DNA of 63,840 nt from contig CM068756.1 of assembly GCA_035084275.1 (NCBI GenBank), forward strand, positions 1,426,001-1,489,840. The letters are read 5' to 3'. Made by a program: the position numbers and the translations under genes. The stretch comes from Hydrolagus colliei. Lineage: Eukaryota. Positions 62,590 to 63,840 of the stretch are shown here, in pieces. The notes beneath the pieces are model-generated. The model had not been told where the DNA came from, ran no database searches, and saw only the letters and a program-made list of their open reading frames with translations. The stretch's first letter is position 1, and each line of letters begins with the position of its first letter.

Positions 62590-62830
62590 TCACAATAATG
62601 AGCGCATTGTGTTTGGAAGGATTGAGGTTTGCTAAATGGAAGGGAGCACTAAATTACGGACTATAATTTCATGCCCCTATAGCGATGACCATAGCTGCGA
62701 TGCTAAACAATTATTGTACCTCGCTTCCAAGCTTATGCAAATTTACAGAAACATACATAATGTGCCAGCATGCATTTCATTCAAAGCTTTGCGTTAAACA
62801 ATGTTCAAGCGAAGGTTAATCTGAATCATT
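62590..62830. promoter_or_regulatory. Candidate Sox/POU enhancer
   Basis: Inverted Sox pair ACAAT-T-ATTGT 62707-62717 and octamer ATGCAAAT 62735-62742 in repeat-free sequence. Confidence 0.35.
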
Positions 62831-63026
62831 CTGCCTAGCTGCTCAATTCGGCTCTCCTTGTAAAGCCTGACATCTACAGTTCTGTCTGGCATCGTCAAGG
62901 GCTGCATCATTCGCCACACACAGCCCGACCGAGCTTTCCCTTTGCTGTACAGGTACCTGCGAGATGATCTTGTGGTGCTTTTTCACCGCCCCCCCCGGCC
63001 GTGGCAATATATTTTAGCCGTCTAAC

Positions 63027-63069
63027 CCATCCATCCATCCATCAATCAATCAATCAATCTATCAATCAA
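63027..63069. repeat. Compound (CCAT)n(CAAT)n microsatellite
   Basis: Direct reading. Confidence 0.9.
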
Positions 63070-63840
63070 CTGACCAACACGCCTCACTTCTTTGACCCAG
63101 CTAAGTACAGCAGAATTCCATTTATCCGGACCGAACGGTAGACAGACGAGAAAGTTCAAACGATCTGTACTTCCGATCAACCAGGAGCGCATCTATCTAT
63201 TTACTAAACTGTTAAATGTCTGAGAGGCAGTGTCACGGGGATGGAGTTTCTTTTATTAGGGGGTTTGCACGGTGGTGAAATCACTGTATTAAAATCTCCT
63301 TTGTAGGGAACGACCAAAAGGTGGGGGGGGGGGAAAGGGGAAAAAAAATACATTAACAAGCTAATAAATGTGCAACAGGAACGAACAAAGACATCAGATG
63401 CGATCTGCCTCATTTTTTTTTACAAAAAAGAGTATTCACTCAAATTAAAAATCGCAGCTTTGCCTCCTTTGCTAATAAGCCAGAAACACAACAAGGTGCA
63501 GCCAATTCAAAATTGTCCAAAGACAATAACCGCAGGAACATCACACCCACAGTTCCGTGAACGCCTCAGGCCAAACCTTTAATTATTTGGCTATCATACT
63601 GAACATTTGCCGCTATAAATGACACGCGTATTAGGTCCGACAGCATTTCGCCTCGACGCAGCTTGGGATTTTCGACAAAAAATTAATTTTAACTGAGCGC
63701 CTTTCTGCTAAGCTTTAAACGTCGGCAGCAAGTGTACAGGTATCCACAGCCCAGCACAGTCATCAGTCAACAAGCCACTTGAGAACCGCTTTCACTGGGT
63801 TTCCTTTTTTTCTAAAAAAAAAGAATGTGGCGGGGGGGGA

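Noticed and set aside
1-63840. Six-frame ORFs (60-189 aa) as protein-coding genes
   Set aside because: No recognisable host domains. Many run through microsatellites, poly-G/C or SINEs, use non-ATG starts and do not chain into a gene model
1-63840. CRISPR array or other regularly spaced repeat system
   Set aside because: Recurring motifs are dispersed, divergent SINE/LINE tails at irregular spacing, with no repeat-spacer periodicity and no cas-like ORF

Overview
A repeat-rich, essentially non-coding vertebrate window. The repeats suggest a cartilaginous fish, probably a chimaera such as Callorhinchus (inference). They include tRNA-headed Deu-domain SINEs with (TTA)n tails, older shark SacSINE1-like copies, L2 3' ends with (TTG)n tails, CR1 fragments and many poly-G/C and microsatellite runs. 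None of the six-frame ORFs looks like a host protein. The only recognisable peptide motifs are L2 and CR1 ORF2 remnants. The window reads as large introns of a minus-strand regulatory gene. The best-supported host feature is a short, canonically flanked non-coding exon at 31338-31462 carrying small uORFs. From memory it resembles the 5'UTR exon 2 of RAI1, which is unverified. Repeat-free, motif-dense blocks resembling conserved enhancers lie on both sides. Other candidates are an internal CpG/CCAAT/CRE promoter near 9.5-10.4 kb, a possible decayed ~1.3 kb exon at 38.3-39.6 kb and several TE structural oddities. I found no support for a CRISPR array, a prokaryote-like system or a novel multi-gene system. 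Repeat family names come from recalled consensus features, and many repeat boundaries are approximate.
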